Assembly: GCA_964442525.1 (NCBI GenBank)
Contig: CAYTZO010000004.1
Span: 1-41,964, forward strand
DNA from: an uncultured Gammaproteobacteria bacterium
GTDB taxonomy: Bacteria; Patescibacteriota; Microgenomatia; UBA10105; UBA927
DNA: 41,964 nucleotides
Direction of reading: 5' to 3'
Shown one piece after another: positions 9,059-18,208 of this stretch (the first letter of the stretch is position 1; the number at the start of each line of letters is the position of its first letter). The notes beneath the pieces were generated by a model. That model was given only the letters and a program-made list of their open reading frames with translations, did no database searches and was not told the origin of the DNA. A program made the translations under genes and the position numbers.

Positions 9059-10344
9059 ATCAATTGCTTTCACCTATTATTAACAGCTGGAAAACTCCAG
9101 AACTCCGCCGTAAAATACTCATTACCGCTTTTATTTTTGTTGTCTTTAGAATATTTGCTCACATCCCAATCCCTGGTGTTGATACGGAGAAATTGAGAGC
9201 ACTATTTGCTCAGAATCAATTTTTGGGCCTGCTGGATGTATTCTCCGGCGGCACGCTTGTCAATTTTTCCGTCATGGCGCTCGGACTCAATCCCTATATT
9301 AACGCATCGATTATTCTGCAGCTTTTGACGATCGTATTTCCCAAGCTTGAAGAATTGTCCAAAGAAGGAGAGTACGGCAGAGAAAAGATTAATCAGTACA
9401 CGCGGTTTTTAACGGTGCCACTGAGTGCGGTCCAGTCCATTGGCATGTTTGTGCTTCTCAAAAACCAAGGCATTATTTCAGCAGCGAGTCCTTTGACGCT
9501 GCTTTCTATAATTCTGACGATGACGGCCGGGACGATTCTTGTCATGTGGTTTGGGGAACTCATTACCGAGTACGGGATAGGCAATGGTATTTCTCTGTTG
9601 ATTTTTGCCGGGATCGTTGGGAGAATTCCCGTGGCGTTCGGCCAAACCGCGACGGTATTTAGCGCCGAGAATGCGACGAATCTTGGCATCTTTTTAATTA
9701 TTGCCGTTATCGTCATCGCAGCAACCGTATTTATTAACGAAGCGGTAAGGAGAATTAGCGTTCACTATGCACGGCGCATCCGCGGGAATAAACTCTACGG
9801 CGGACAGACATCATACCTGCCGCTTCGGGTAAATCAGGCAGGAGTTATTCCCATTATATTTGCCGTATCACTTGTGCTTCTTCCCTCTCTCGTCGGAGGA
9901 TTTTTGTCACAATCACACAACGGCACGCTCATGGGGACAGGAAGATTTTTAACCGCATTGTTTAATCCCAACAAGTTTTCTTACAATCTCATTTATTTCA
10001 TTTTGGTTATTGGCTTTACCTTTTTTTACACCGCCATCACATTTAACCCCACCAAGATTGCCGGAGAAATTCAGAAATACGGCGGGTTTATCCCCGGCAT
10101 TCGGCCGGGAGCTCCCACCGCGTCGTATCTCAATTACATTCTTACGCGTATTACCCTTGCCGGCGCCTTGTTTTTGGGAGTTATAGCAATTTTCCCCTCT
10201 CTTGCCAGAGGAGCAACCGGCGTTTCGACGCTTCTTATCGGAGGAACGAGTGTCCTTATCGTCGTTTCCGTGGTCCTTGAGACGGTTAAAGCGCTTGAAG
10301 CGCAGTTGGTTATGAGAAATTACGAAGGATTTTTAAAAGAATGA
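9055..10344 (+). CDS. secY: Preprotein translocase subunit SecY
   Basis: [46 protein letters not shown]; about 10 hydrophobic segments. Confidence 0.99.
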   Translation: MNQLLSPIINSWKTPELRRKILITAFIFVVFRIFAHIPIPGVDTEKLRALFAQNQFLGLLDVFSGGTLVNFSVMALGLNPYINASIILQLLTIVFPKLEELSKEGEYGREKINQYTRFLTVPLSAVQSIGMFVLLKNQGIISAASPLTLLSIILTMTAGTILVMWFGELITEYGIGNGISLLIFAGIVGRIPVAFGQTATVFSAENATNLGIFLIIAVIVIAATVFINEAVRRISVHYARRIRGNKLYGGQTSYLPLRVNQAGVIPIIFAVSLVLLPSLVGGFLSQSHNGTLMGTGRFLTALFNPNKFSYNLIYFILVIGFTFFYTAITFNPTKIAGEIQKYGGFIPGIRPGAPTASYLNYILTRITLAGALFLGVIAIFPSLARGATGVSTLLIGGTSVLIVVSVVLETVKALEAQLVMRNYEGFLKE

Positions 10345-10412
10345 CCAATGATAAACGCTAAATGACCAAGAGAGCTTTTCATATTTAGCATTTATCATTT
10401 GGCATTTAGCAT
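10340..10412. repeat. Heptamer tandem array with an inverted heptamer array
   Basis: aatgacc aatgata aacgcta aatgacc (10340-10367) and atttagc atttatc atttggc atttagc (10383-10410); 10347-10363 is complementary to 10383-10399 with one mismatch. Confidence 0.8.
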
Positions 10413-10418
10413 GATTGT

Positions 10419-10994
10419 ATGCATATTGTATTGTTCGGTCCGGAAGGTTCTGGAAAAGGAACGCAGGCAAAGCTCTTAAGTGATGCTCTGAAGCTTCCCA
10501 TTCTCACGTCAGGTGATTTAGTTCGCGACGCCGCCGCAAATGACAAGGGCATTATTGGAGAAGTATGCCGTCAGGCGCTTGCAGAGGGGAAATATGTTGC
10601 CGACAGCGAGATGTTTGTGCTTTGGAAGTGGCGGCTCAAGGACGAAGATGCAAAAGGCGGATGGATCATGGACGGATTCCCGAGAAACGTTGACCAGGCA
10701 GAATTTTTGGATGACAAAATTGACAAGTATGGCTATAAGATTGAAAAAGTTTTTTATTTGGGTCTTCCGGAGGAAGAATCATATAAACGGCTTATTGCGC
10801 GAAGAAGGCCTCTTCATCCGGGAAGCACTGAGCTTCACGATTCGCCGGAACGCATTAAACAGCGTTTAGCAATCTATAAAGAGGGAGAAGAGGCAGTGCT
10901 TAGGTATTACCGTCAAAAAGGGATACTGGTTACCATCAATGCCAACGGATCGGTAGAAGAGGTTTATAGAGAGATCATGTCTCACATTCAATGA
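10419..10994 (+). CDS. adk: Adenylate kinase (short LID type)
   Basis: GPEGSGKGTQA P-loop, SGDLVR, MDGFPR; position after secY. Confidence 0.92.
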   Translation: MHIVLFGPEGSGKGTQAKLLSDALKLPILTSGDLVRDAAANDKGIIGEVCRQALAEGKYVADSEMFVLWKWRLKDEDAKGGWIMDGFPRNVDQAEFLDDKIDKYGYKIEKVFYLGLPEEESYKRLIARRRPLHPGSTELHDSPERIKQRLAIYKEGEEAVLRYYRQKGILVTINANGSVEEVYREIMSHIQ

Positions 10995-11542
10995 ATACGG
11001 TTCGGGTGGTCGCCATCGTCGGTATGCCGGGTGCAGGGAAAAGCATGGCAGCGGATTTTTTCCGCCAAAAGGGACTTATGGTGCTCCGGTTTGGCGATGC
11101 GGTTGAACGAGCGCTCAAAGAGTCGGGCAAAGAGGTAAATGAAGCAAATGAACGGTGGTACCGAGAGAAACTTCGCCACGATCTTGGCATGGCGGCAATG
11201 GCAATCAAAATTGAGCCGAGGATTGTTGAGGCCTCGCAAAAAAATATGATCATTATCCTGGATGGACTCTACAGTTGGGAAGAATATCTGTATCTGAAAC
11301 AAAAATTTCCGGGTCTGTTGCTTCTGTGCATCTTTGCGCCCCCCAACGTGCGTTACGAGCGCCTCAACGCGCGGCCAGTTCGGCGTCTTAGCCCGGAAGA
11401 AGCGGAAGGCCGCGATTTTGCCGAGATAGAACATCTGAATAAAGGCGGTCCGATTGCCCGGGCTGATTACCTTATCAAAAATGAGTCCACTCTCCAGGCG
11501 CTTCAAGAAAATCTGGAGAAATTTTACGCTACGTTGGCATGA
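10991..11542 (+). CDS. P-loop nucleotide kinase-fold protein (dephospho-CoA kinase/UPF0200-like)
   Basis: VAIVGMPGAGKS Walker A, IILDGLYS, RYERLNAR, ADYLIKNE; ATGA overlaps with both neighbours. Confidence 0.75.
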   Translation: MNTVRVVAIVGMPGAGKSMAADFFRQKGLMVLRFGDAVERALKESGKEVNEANERWYREKLRHDLGMAAMAIKIEPRIVEASQKNMIIILDGLYSWEEYLYLKQKFPGLLLLCIFAPPNVRYERLNARPVRRLSPEEAEGRDFAEIEHLNKGGPIARADYLIKNESTLQALQENLEKFYATLA

Positions 11543-12300
11543 CTCCAAAAACAACCGTAGAGCTTCGGGCAATGAAAGAAGGCGGCAGCAAATTAGCCTC
11601 GGTGCTCCAAGCGCTTCTTACTGCGTCAAAGCCGGGAGTTTCTCTGGTTACACTCGAAAGCCGAGCAATTGAGCTTATCAAAAAAACAGGCGGCACGCCT
11701 TCTTTTCAGACCGTACAGGGATACCAATGGGCGACGTGTCTGTGCGTGAACGAAGTCGTCGTCCACGGGATCCCCTCTTCCTACAAGCTTCGGGAGGCAG
11801 ATGTGCTTACGGTAGATGTCGGACTCCTCTATAAAGGCCTGCATACGGATACGGCATGGACAAAAATAGTTGAAAGTGCGCATACGCCAGCGGATCCGCA
11901 AAAAGAACGGTTCCTTAGGGTTGGGCAAGAAGCCTTATGGAAGGGCATAGATCAGGCGCAGCCGGGCAATCGTGTCGGGGATATATCCAAAACCATTCAG
12001 ATGATTATTGAAGGGGCAGGATATAGCATTGTCCGTAGTCTCGTCGGCCACGGGGTAGGAAAAGAGCTTCACGAGGATCCGCAAATACCAGGATTTCTGA
12101 AGGGATCATCAGAAAATACTCCTCTCTTGGTGCCGGGTGAGACGGTTGCCATTGAGGTGATTTATGCCATGGGCCGGGGTGATGTGGTCTATGAAAATGA
12201 CGATGGTTGGTCTATTGCGACCCGTGACCGGTCGCTTTCAGCTGTTTTTGAACACACAATCGAAATTACAGAAGGAAAGCCTATTGTATTGACCAAATAG
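11539..12300 (+). CDS. map: Type I methionine aminopeptidase
   Basis: VNEVVVHGIP, VDVG, HTDTA, GHGVG, LHEDP, AIE, FEHTI metal-ligand motifs. Confidence 0.98.
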   Translation: MTPKTTVELRAMKEGGSKLASVLQALLTASKPGVSLVTLESRAIELIKKTGGTPSFQTVQGYQWATCLCVNEVVVHGIPSSYKLREADVLTVDVGLLYKGLHTDTAWTKIVESAHTPADPQKERFLRVGQEALWKGIDQAQPGNRVGDISKTIQMIIEGAGYSIVRSLVGHGVGKELHEDPQIPGFLKGSSENTPLLVPGETVAIEVIYAMGRGDVVYENDDGWSIATRDRSLSAVFEHTIEITEGKPIVLTK

Positions 12301-12317
12301 GGTTGATACGGTACAAT
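12289..12317 (+). promoter_or_regulatory. Putative sigma70 promoter for infA and the alpha operon
   Basis: TTGACC (12289-12294), 17-nt spacer, TACAAT (12312-12317). Confidence 0.65.
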
Positions 12318-12321
12318 ATGT

Positions 12322-12374
12322 CTACTTCGATCGGGGTTTCCCGCTCAGGCGGGAAAGAGCCCCGTAGTTTTTTT
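12322..12374 (+). promoter_or_regulatory. GC-rich hairpin plus T-tract in the infA leader
   Basis: CGGGG-TTTCCCGC-tcag-GCGGGAAA-gag-CCCCG followed by tagTTTTTTT. Confidence 0.6.
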
Positions 12375-12393
12375 CGTGCAATAAATAAAATGT

Positions 12394-12612
12394 ATGGCAC
12401 ACCAGGGAAATATAGAAATCGAAGGGGTAGTAACAGAATGTTTACCAAATACATTGTTTCGCGTGAAATTGCCCAATGGCAAGATCGTCCTTTGTCATCT
12501 TTCAGGGAAGATGCGGCTCAATTTTATCCGCATTATGCCCGGAGATAGGGTGCGGATTGAAATGACGCCATATGACCCGACAAAGGGAAGAATTACGTAC
12601 CGGATGAAGTAA
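12394..12612 (+). CDS. infA: Translation initiation factor IF-1
   Basis: [36 protein letters not shown]. Confidence 0.99.
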   Translation: MAHQGNIEIEGVVTECLPNTLFRVKLPNGKIVLCHLSGKMRLNFIRIMPGDRVRIEMTPYDPTKGRITYRMK

Positions 12613-12621
12613 GAGGTATAT

Positions 12622-12735
12622 ATGAAAGTTCGAGCAAGTATTCAACCAATGTGCCGCAAGTGTAAAATTGTCCGCCGAGGAGGACGGGTGTACGTCATTT
12701 GCGAAAATCCGAAGCATAAACAACGACAGGGATAA
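12622..12735 (+). CDS. rpmJ: 50S ribosomal protein L36 (absent from the ORF track)
   Basis: Translated by hand: [37 protein letters not shown]. Confidence 0.99.
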   Translation: MKVRASIQPMCRKCKIVRRGGRVYVICENPKHKQRQG

Positions 12736-12762
12736 TAAAAAAGGCCAGTTCATAGAAAAAAA

Positions 12763-13200
12763 ATGATAAGAATTGCAGGTGTAGATTTACCCGAAGAAAA
12801 AAGAGTCGATATTGCATTAACCTATCTCTATGGGATCGGGAGGTCTAATGTAGGACCAATTCTGCGGGAAGCAAATATCGAAGCAGGCCGAAGACTAAAA
12901 ACGCTTACGGAGGAAGAAATAAACAGAGTTTCAAAGCTTATTGAGAAGAAATATGTGGTTGAGGGAGACCTTCGAAGGTTTGTGCAAGACAATATTAAAC
13001 GTCTTACGGAAATCAGAAGTTACCGCGGCATCCGTCACGCCAGAAAACTGCCGGTCCGCGGCCAACGAACCCGCTCAAATGCCCGGACTAAACGGGGGAA
13101 ACGCATGACCGTCGGTGCTCTCAAGAAAGAAGATCGTACAAGAACGGAAGAAACCAAGACGGCAGCTCCTGCCTCAGAAGCGAAAGGGGAAAGCAAATAA
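12763..13200 (+). CDS. rpsM: 30S ribosomal protein S13
   Basis: RIAGVDLP, YGIGR, EGDLRR, LPVRGQRTRSNARTKRG; extended C-tail. Confidence 0.99.
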   Translation: MIRIAGVDLPEEKRVDIALTYLYGIGRSNVGPILREANIEAGRRLKTLTEEEINRVSKLIEKKYVVEGDLRRFVQDNIKRLTEIRSYRGIRHARKLPVRGQRTRSNARTKRGKRMTVGALKKEDRTRTEETKTAAPASEAKGESK

Positions 13201-13206
13201 TCTATT

Positions 13207-13578
13207 ATGGCACCCACAAAAACAAAATCCATTGGTGAAAAGGGAAAAGTCTACATCACGGCGACGTTTAATAACACGCTCGTAACCATTACCGACATAG
13301 AGGGCAATACCGTGGGATGGGGATCGGCAGGGCTCGTCGGTTTTAAGGGCGCAAGGAAAGCGACGCCCTATGCGGCAACCAGCGCGGTTGAGGCAGTTGC
13401 ACGCAAAGCTCAGGCGCAGGGACTTCGTGAAGTAGAAGTGTACATAAAAGGACCGGGTGCCGGTCGGGATGCGGCGCTGCGCGCGCTCAAGGCAGTAGGG
13501 CTACGCATCATTCTCATTGCGGACGTGACCCCGCTTCCGCACAACGGCGTCCGACCGAAGAAAAAACGAAGAGTGTAA
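13207..13578 (+). CDS. rpsK: 30S ribosomal protein S11
   Basis: [35 protein letters not shown]. Confidence 0.99.
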   Translation: MAPTKTKSIGEKGKVYITATFNNTLVTITDIEGNTVGWGSAGLVGFKGARKATPYAATSAVEAVARKAQAQGLREVEVYIKGPGAGRDAALRALKAVGLRIILIADVTPLPHNGVRPKKKRRV

Positions 13579-13605
13579 AAAGAATTTATAAATTTAATTT
13601 GTACT

Positions 13606-14226
13606 ATGGCACGATATACAGGACCAAGAAACAGACTGAGTAGGCGCGAGGGCGTTGATTTGGGACTGACAACCGTTGGTTCCAAATCTCATGCAGCCCT
13701 TCTGCGGCGGCTCAATATTCCGCCCGGACAACACGGCAGCCGTGGCCGACGGAAGGCCTCTGACTATGGACTGCAACTGCGGGAAAAGCAGAAGGTGAAG
13801 AGAATGTATGGGATATTGGAGCGGCAGTTTCGCCGATACTTTGAAAATGCCCGGAAGTGGCGGGGCAACACGGGAGAAAAACTTCTTGAATTTTTGGAAA
13901 GGAGACTAGATAACGTCGTCTATCGGCTGGGTTTTGTCCCCACTCGACAAGGGGCCAGACAACTCGTATCTCACGGTCACGTCCTCGTCAATGGCAAAAA
14001 AACTACCATTCCCTCTTTTCCCGTGTTTATCGGGATGGTAATTTCTCTAAAAACAAAGGCAATGGGTATTCCGGCAGTCAAACAAATGCTTGACGAGAAG
14101 ACATTCACGCCGCCTACGTGGTTGGAACGCAAAGGACCGGTAGGAAAAGTGGTTAGGCTTCCGGAACGAGGCGATGTGAAAGAGGACATTGGCGAACAGC
14201 TCATTGTAGAACATTATTCACGGTAG
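13606..14226 (+). CDS. rpsD: 30S ribosomal protein S4
   Basis: MARYTGP, PGQHG, QLREKQK, LERRLDNVVYRLGF, IVEHYSR. Confidence 0.99.
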   Translation: MARYTGPRNRLSRREGVDLGLTTVGSKSHAALLRRLNIPPGQHGSRGRRKASDYGLQLREKQKVKRMYGILERQFRRYFENARKWRGNTGEKLLEFLERRLDNVVYRLGFVPTRQGARQLVSHGHVLVNGKKTTIPSFPVFIGMVISLKTKAMGIPAVKQMLDEKTFTPPTWLERKGPVGKVVRLPERGDVKEDIGEQLIVEHYSR

Positions 14227-14292
14227 GGGCAGGGATGGAAAGCACGGGTTAGACAGGGTTAATCTTTGCTTGTTCATCTCTAGACAAAATAT

Positions 14293-15213
14293 ATGGTGAG
14301 TGATCCGACATTTCAAATTGAGGCAGAGTCACAGAAGCCTGGTTATGGTTTGTTTGTTATTGCGCCGCTTGAACAAGGATATGGTCAAACGCTGGGTAAC
14401 AGCCTCCGCCGGGTGCTTCTCTCGTCGCTCCCCGGGGCGGCGGTCACAAGTGTAAAAATTGCAGGTGTTGGGCATCAGCTTTCCGCACTCCCCGGGCTTA
14501 AAGAAGATATTGTGGAGCTTATTTTGAATATTAAAAAGATTCGGCTCATTGTTGAGGGGAACGAATCGGTTACCATGACGCTTTCAAAGAAAGGTCCGGG
14601 AGAGGTAAGAGCTGCTGATATTGAAGTTCCGGCAGGAGTGACGATCGTTAACCCCGACTTGATACTGGGAACGCTTGCGGACAAAAAGGCAAGCCTCGAG
14701 ATGGAATTGACTGCCGAGAAAGGATATGGGTACGTCCCTGCAGACGAACGCCACAGTGAGGAAATAGGAAGAATTCCTCTGGATTCGTTGTTTTCTCCGG
14801 TAACAAGAGTCAACTATCGCGTGGAAGCGACCCGCGTGGGTCAAATGACTAATTTGGACCACCTGGTCATGGAGATTTGGACCGATGGCACGATTAATCC
14901 GTCCGATGCGCTCAAAAGTGCCGCAAAGATCCTCGTTTCTTATTTCATGCAGGTCTATGAGCCGAAGGCAAAAGCCGACGAGGCAGTGGCGGTGACGCCG
15001 TCGATTTCCGACGAGATTCTCAAAATGCGCATCGAGGAACTCGATATTCCGACGCGTATCGTCAACGCACTGGCAAATGGCAGCATTGAAACGATTGGAC
15101 AACTTCTCGGTACACCGCGAACAGAGCTTCTCAAGATTAAAAATCTTGGGGTCAAGTCGCTGTCGGCGGTAGAAGAAAAGTTGCGGGAGAAAGGCGTAGC
15201 CCTGACGGTATAA
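14293..15213 (+). CDS. rpoA: RNA polymerase subunit alpha
   Basis: PLEQGYGQTLGNSLRRVLLSSLPG, FSPVTRVNY, alpha-CTD IKNLGVKS. Confidence 0.99.
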   Translation: MVSDPTFQIEAESQKPGYGLFVIAPLEQGYGQTLGNSLRRVLLSSLPGAAVTSVKIAGVGHQLSALPGLKEDIVELILNIKKIRLIVEGNESVTMTLSKKGPGEVRAADIEVPAGVTIVNPDLILGTLADKKASLEMELTAEKGYGYVPADERHSEEIGRIPLDSLFSPVTRVNYRVEATRVGQMTNLDHLVMEIWTDGTINPSDALKSAAKILVSYFMQVYEPKAKADEAVAVTPSISDEILKMRIEELDIPTRIVNALANGSIETIGQLLGTPRTELLKIKNLGVKSLSAVEEKLREKGVALTV

Positions 15214-15243
15214 AGAAAAGCGCACAGGAAAGTAGCCAGCACT

Positions 15244-15726
15244 ATGAGGCACGGATATTTTGGCAAAAAATTATCGCGAAACACGAACGAGCGCAAGCGG
15301 CTTTTCATGGTTTTGGCGCATGAGCTCATTGCCCGCGGAAGCATTACGACAACCATTGCGAAAGCGAAAGCCGTCCAGCCCATGATAGAAAAACTTGTGA
15401 CTCTGGCTAAAAGGGGAAGCGCAAGGCAACTCGGCAGAGCCTTAGGCGATAAGAAAAGCGCAGCGCTTCTTCTCTCATGGGGCAAAAGCCGATTTGGATC
15501 CCGGATAAGCGGGTTTACCCGTATTGTACGGTTAGGGAGGCGAATAGGAGACAATAGCGAGGCGGTAGTATTTTCTTTTATTGATGCGAGGCCAGCTGAG
15601 GAAGGAAACGCTGAAGTCAAAAAAGAAAAACGGGAACAAGACAAAGGGGTAAAAAGCGATGTGGCCCCAAAGAGGAGCGTTACGCGGAAAGTACAGGCAA
15701 GGAAACGTCCGGGCGCAAAAAAATAA
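15244..15726 (+). CDS. rplQ: 50S ribosomal protein L17 with charged C-terminal tail
   Basis: MRH, ITTTIAKAK, EKLVTLAK, GFTRIVRLGRRIGD. Confidence 0.97.
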   Translation: MRHGYFGKKLSRNTNERKRLFMVLAHELIARGSITTTIAKAKAVQPMIEKLVTLAKRGSARQLGRALGDKKSAALLLSWGKSRFGSRISGFTRIVRLGRRIGDNSEAVVFSFIDARPAEEGNAEVKKEKREQDKGVKSDVAPKRSVTRKVQARKRPGAKK

Positions 15727-15727
15727 T

Positions 15728-16150
15728 ATGCAACCGATTACCAAACCAACGAAAGCGGGAGACATAAAGCGGGCATGGCATCTTGTTGATGTCAACGATA
15801 AAGTGCTCGGGAGAGTTGCGGGTGATATTGCTCTCAAGCTTATGGGCAAGGGGAAGCCATATTTTGCAAAAAATCTTGATTGCGGGGACTATGTCGTTGT
15901 CATTAATGCCTCTCTTGTCGCGGTCACCGGTAAAAAAGAAAAGGATAAAATCTATTCGCAGTTTTCCGGCTATCCGGGGGGAATGAAACGCAAACACCTT
16001 TGGCAAATGAGGGCCGAGAAACCGGAAGAGATTATTCGAAGAGCCGTATTTGGTATGCTCCCTAAAAATAAGCTGCGCGATAGGATGATTACGAGACTTT
16101 TTGTGTTTGCGGAAGCAGAGCATCCGTACAAAGATAAATTTCAATCATAA
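15728..16150 (+). CDS. rplM: 50S ribosomal protein L13
   Basis: WHLVD, VLGR, DCGDYVVVINA, SGYPGG, GMLPKN; ATG 15728 follows the rplQ stop. Confidence 0.99.
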   Translation: MQPITKPTKAGDIKRAWHLVDVNDKVLGRVAGDIALKLMGKGKPYFAKNLDCGDYVVVINASLVAVTGKKEKDKIYSQFSGYPGGMKRKHLWQMRAEKPEEIIRRAVFGMLPKNKLRDRMITRLFVFAEAEHPYKDKFQS

Positions 16151-16152
16151 AT

Positions 16153-16635
16153 ATGGCAGAAGATAAAACACCAGCAGTGAAGGAAGAAGTAAAAACAGAA
16201 AAGAAAGTGCGCGTGTCTTACTACGAAGCGGTAGGGAGACGTAAGGAATCAACTGCGCGTGCTCGTCTGTACGTTGGTGCTACGACAGTAAACAATGTCG
16301 AAGTAGGAAAAGGTGCGATGTTCGTCAACGGTCGAGAGGTAGAAAAATATTTCGCAGGCGAAGTCAGTAAAAAAATGTATCTTGAACCATTCCGTACCAC
16401 CAACACCATAGGCCGGTTTGCAACGACGATCCAGGTAGCAGGTGGCGGACTCTCAGGGCAATTGGGAGCAGTCATTCATGCCCTTTCCCGGGCGCTGGTC
16501 AAAGTCGATCAGGAAAAGTTCCGTCCGATCCTCAAAAAGCGCGGTTTCCTTACTCGTGATCCTCGAGCCAAAGAGCGTAGGAAAGCCGGCTACGCCGGAA
16601 AAGCACGGGCAAGGAAGCAATCTCCGAAACGGTAA
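16153..16635 (+). CDS. rpsI: 30S ribosomal protein S9
   Basis: GRRKESTAR, GGGLSGQ, LTRDPR, KERRK, C-terminal KR. Confidence 0.99.
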   Translation: MAEDKTPAVKEEVKTEKKVRVSYYEAVGRRKESTARARLYVGATTVNNVEVGKGAMFVNGREVEKYFAGEVSKKMYLEPFRTTNTIGRFATTIQVAGGGLSGQLGAVIHALSRALVKVDQEKFRPILKKRGFLTRDPRAKERRKAGYAGKARARKQSPKR

Positions 16636-16652
16636 GATAATTGATTTTAAGC

Positions 16653-16904
16653 TTACGAAGTGTTTCTGCGTCCTAAACGATTGGCTACTCGCCTGATTTC
16701 TATTTTCAACCGTTTGATTTCGTTATCAAGGTCGCTATGCATGCCCGAGTGAAGTTCTTGGGATTCCCGGACAGCTTTTAATTCGCCCATCAACTGATCC
16801 ATTCAAGTAAAAAACTCATCTTTTGTCGGAATAAACCGCAATTTTTCATCGAGTTTTGTATCGATAATCTGTTCGATTTCGTTAATGTCTCGCTGGGTAA
16901 GCAT
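16653..16904 (-). pseudogene. Small coiled-coil ORF interrupted by one in-frame TGA (or two abutting ORFs of 33 and 49 aa)
   Basis: MLTQRDINEIEQIIDTKLDEKLRFIPTKDEFFT*MDQLMGELKAVRESQELHSGMHSDLDNEIKRLKIEIRRVANRLGRRNTS*; starts 6 nt after the recA stop and fills the gap; internal TGA at 16803-16805. Confidence 0.6.
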
Positions 16905-16910
16905 ACAGAG

Positions 16911-17939
16911 TTAATCTTCTGTCACTGCGACTTTTGGGGCGGTGTGGCCACTTTTGACCGCTTTCCAAATGCTATCGGTGAGATCCTTGACCAGCTTATG
17001 ATTTTCCCGAAGATAGAGTTTCGCTGCTTCCTTTCCTTGTCCGAGCATCTGCGTGCCGAACTTTAGAAATGCCCCCGATTTATTTACAATTCCTAACTCC
17101 ACGCCCACGTCAATGAGCGCGCCCTCCTTGGAAATGCCGCCATGCATGACGTCAAACTCTGCGATACGAAATGGAGGAGCAACTTTATTTTTCACGACTC
17201 GCACGCGGTGGCGGCTCCCGATGACGCGGTCGCCGTCCTTAAGGCTTTCAATTTTGCGGCTGTCCATGCGGATACTTGCATAAAACTTGAGCGCAAGCCC
17301 TCCCGGAGTCGTTTCGGGGTTCCCGAACATGACGCCGATTTTTTGCCGGAGCTGATTGGTAAACATGACGACTGCTTTGGATTTGGAAATCACGGCAGTG
17401 AGTTTTCTTAAAGCCTGTGACATGAGCCGAGCCTGTACTCCCACCATGGCATCTCCCATCTCTCCCTCGAGTTCTGCCCGCGGCACAAGGGCGGCAACAG
17501 AATCGATGACTATGATATCTACGCCGCCGCTTCGGATAAGCGTTTCCGCAATCTCGAGAGCCTGTTCGCCGGTGTCCGGTTGGGAAATAAGGAGGTCATC
17601 GAGTTTGACGCCAAGGACTTCCGCCCACTGAGGATCAAGCGCGTGTTCGGCGTCAATAAATGCAGCGGTACCGCCCATTTTTTGCGCCTCAGCAATGACC
17701 GAGAGACACACGGTGGTTTTTCCGGATGCTTCCGGCCCGTAAATTTCGACGATCCGCCCGCGCGGGAGTCCGCCGACACCCAGAGCCAAATCGAGGGGTA
17801 AAATGCCCGTGGGGATAACGTCAACGGCAAATTTGCCGGCTGCCTGTTCGCCCAACTTCATGATCGCACCCTTGCCGTACTGTTTTTCAATTTGGTCCAT
17901 GGCAAGGCGGATGGCTTGGAGCTTGGCGTCGACTGGCAT
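16911..17939 (-). CDS. recA: Recombinase A
   Basis: [42 protein letters not shown]; ATG 17939 preceded by AAAGGAG. Confidence 0.99.
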   Translation of the reverse strand: MPVDAKLQAIRLAMDQIEKQYGKGAIMKLGEQAAGKFAVDVIPTGILPLDLALGVGGLPRGRIVEIYGPEASGKTTVCLSVIAEAQKMGGTAAFIDAEHALDPQWAEVLGVKLDDLLISQPDTGEQALEIAETLIRSGGVDIIVIDSVAALVPRAELEGEMGDAMVGVQARLMSQALRKLTAVISKSKAVVMFTNQLRQKIGVMFGNPETTPGGLALKFYASIRMDSRKIESLKDGDRVIGSRHRVRVVKNKVAPPFRIAEFDVMHGGISKEGALIDVGVELGIVNKSGAFLKFGTQMLGQGKEAAKLYLRENHKLVKDLTDSIWKAVKSGHTAPKVAVTED

Positions 17940-18132
17940 ATTCTCTCCTTTCAAAAAGAGGCAGGTGAGAAGTTTTCATCATTCTGGCACAAAAAATGGT
18001 AAAATACAAGGGAACAGATAAATATTTAAGCAGTTTAAAATTTGTCGCGAAAGTGTGGATTGAGAGTGAGCCTTTCGCGACTCCTAATAGGGAAAATCGT
18101 CGGGCAAAAACCGTAAGGTTTTGCCCCGGAGG

Positions 18133-18205
18133 CGGGGTGTAGTTCAGTTGGTAGAATGCACGCATGGGGTGCGTGAGGTCTCCGGTTCGAGTCCGGACAC
18201 CCCGA
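18133..18205 (+). tRNA. tRNA-Pro (anticodon GGG), CCA not encoded
   Basis: Full cloverleaf: acceptor CGGGGTG/CACCCCG, D loop AGTTGGTA, anticodon arm CACGC-ATGGGGT-GCGTG, T arm TCCGG-TTCGAGT-CCGGA; discriminator A followed by CTT. Confidence 0.98.
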
Positions 18206-18208
18206 CTT

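Noticed and set aside
12303-12548. 81-aa ORF overlapping the infA leader as a possible leader peptide
   Set aside because: It begins inside the predicted promoter, overlaps infA out of frame, and has no supporting features.
5785-12735. Cysteine-containing (zinc-binding) forms of L24, S14 and L36
   Set aside because: These are common variants and not unusual on their own.
16803-16805. Alternative genetic code (TGA = Gly or Trp) suggested by the internal TGA
   Set aside because: TGA ends rpsQ, rplO, secY, adk, rny and secD at their expected C-termini, and no conserved gene contains an internal TGA.
18164-18208. ORF-track N-terminus of recX (MGCVRSPVRVRTPR)
   Set aside because: It lies inside the tRNA-Pro gene.
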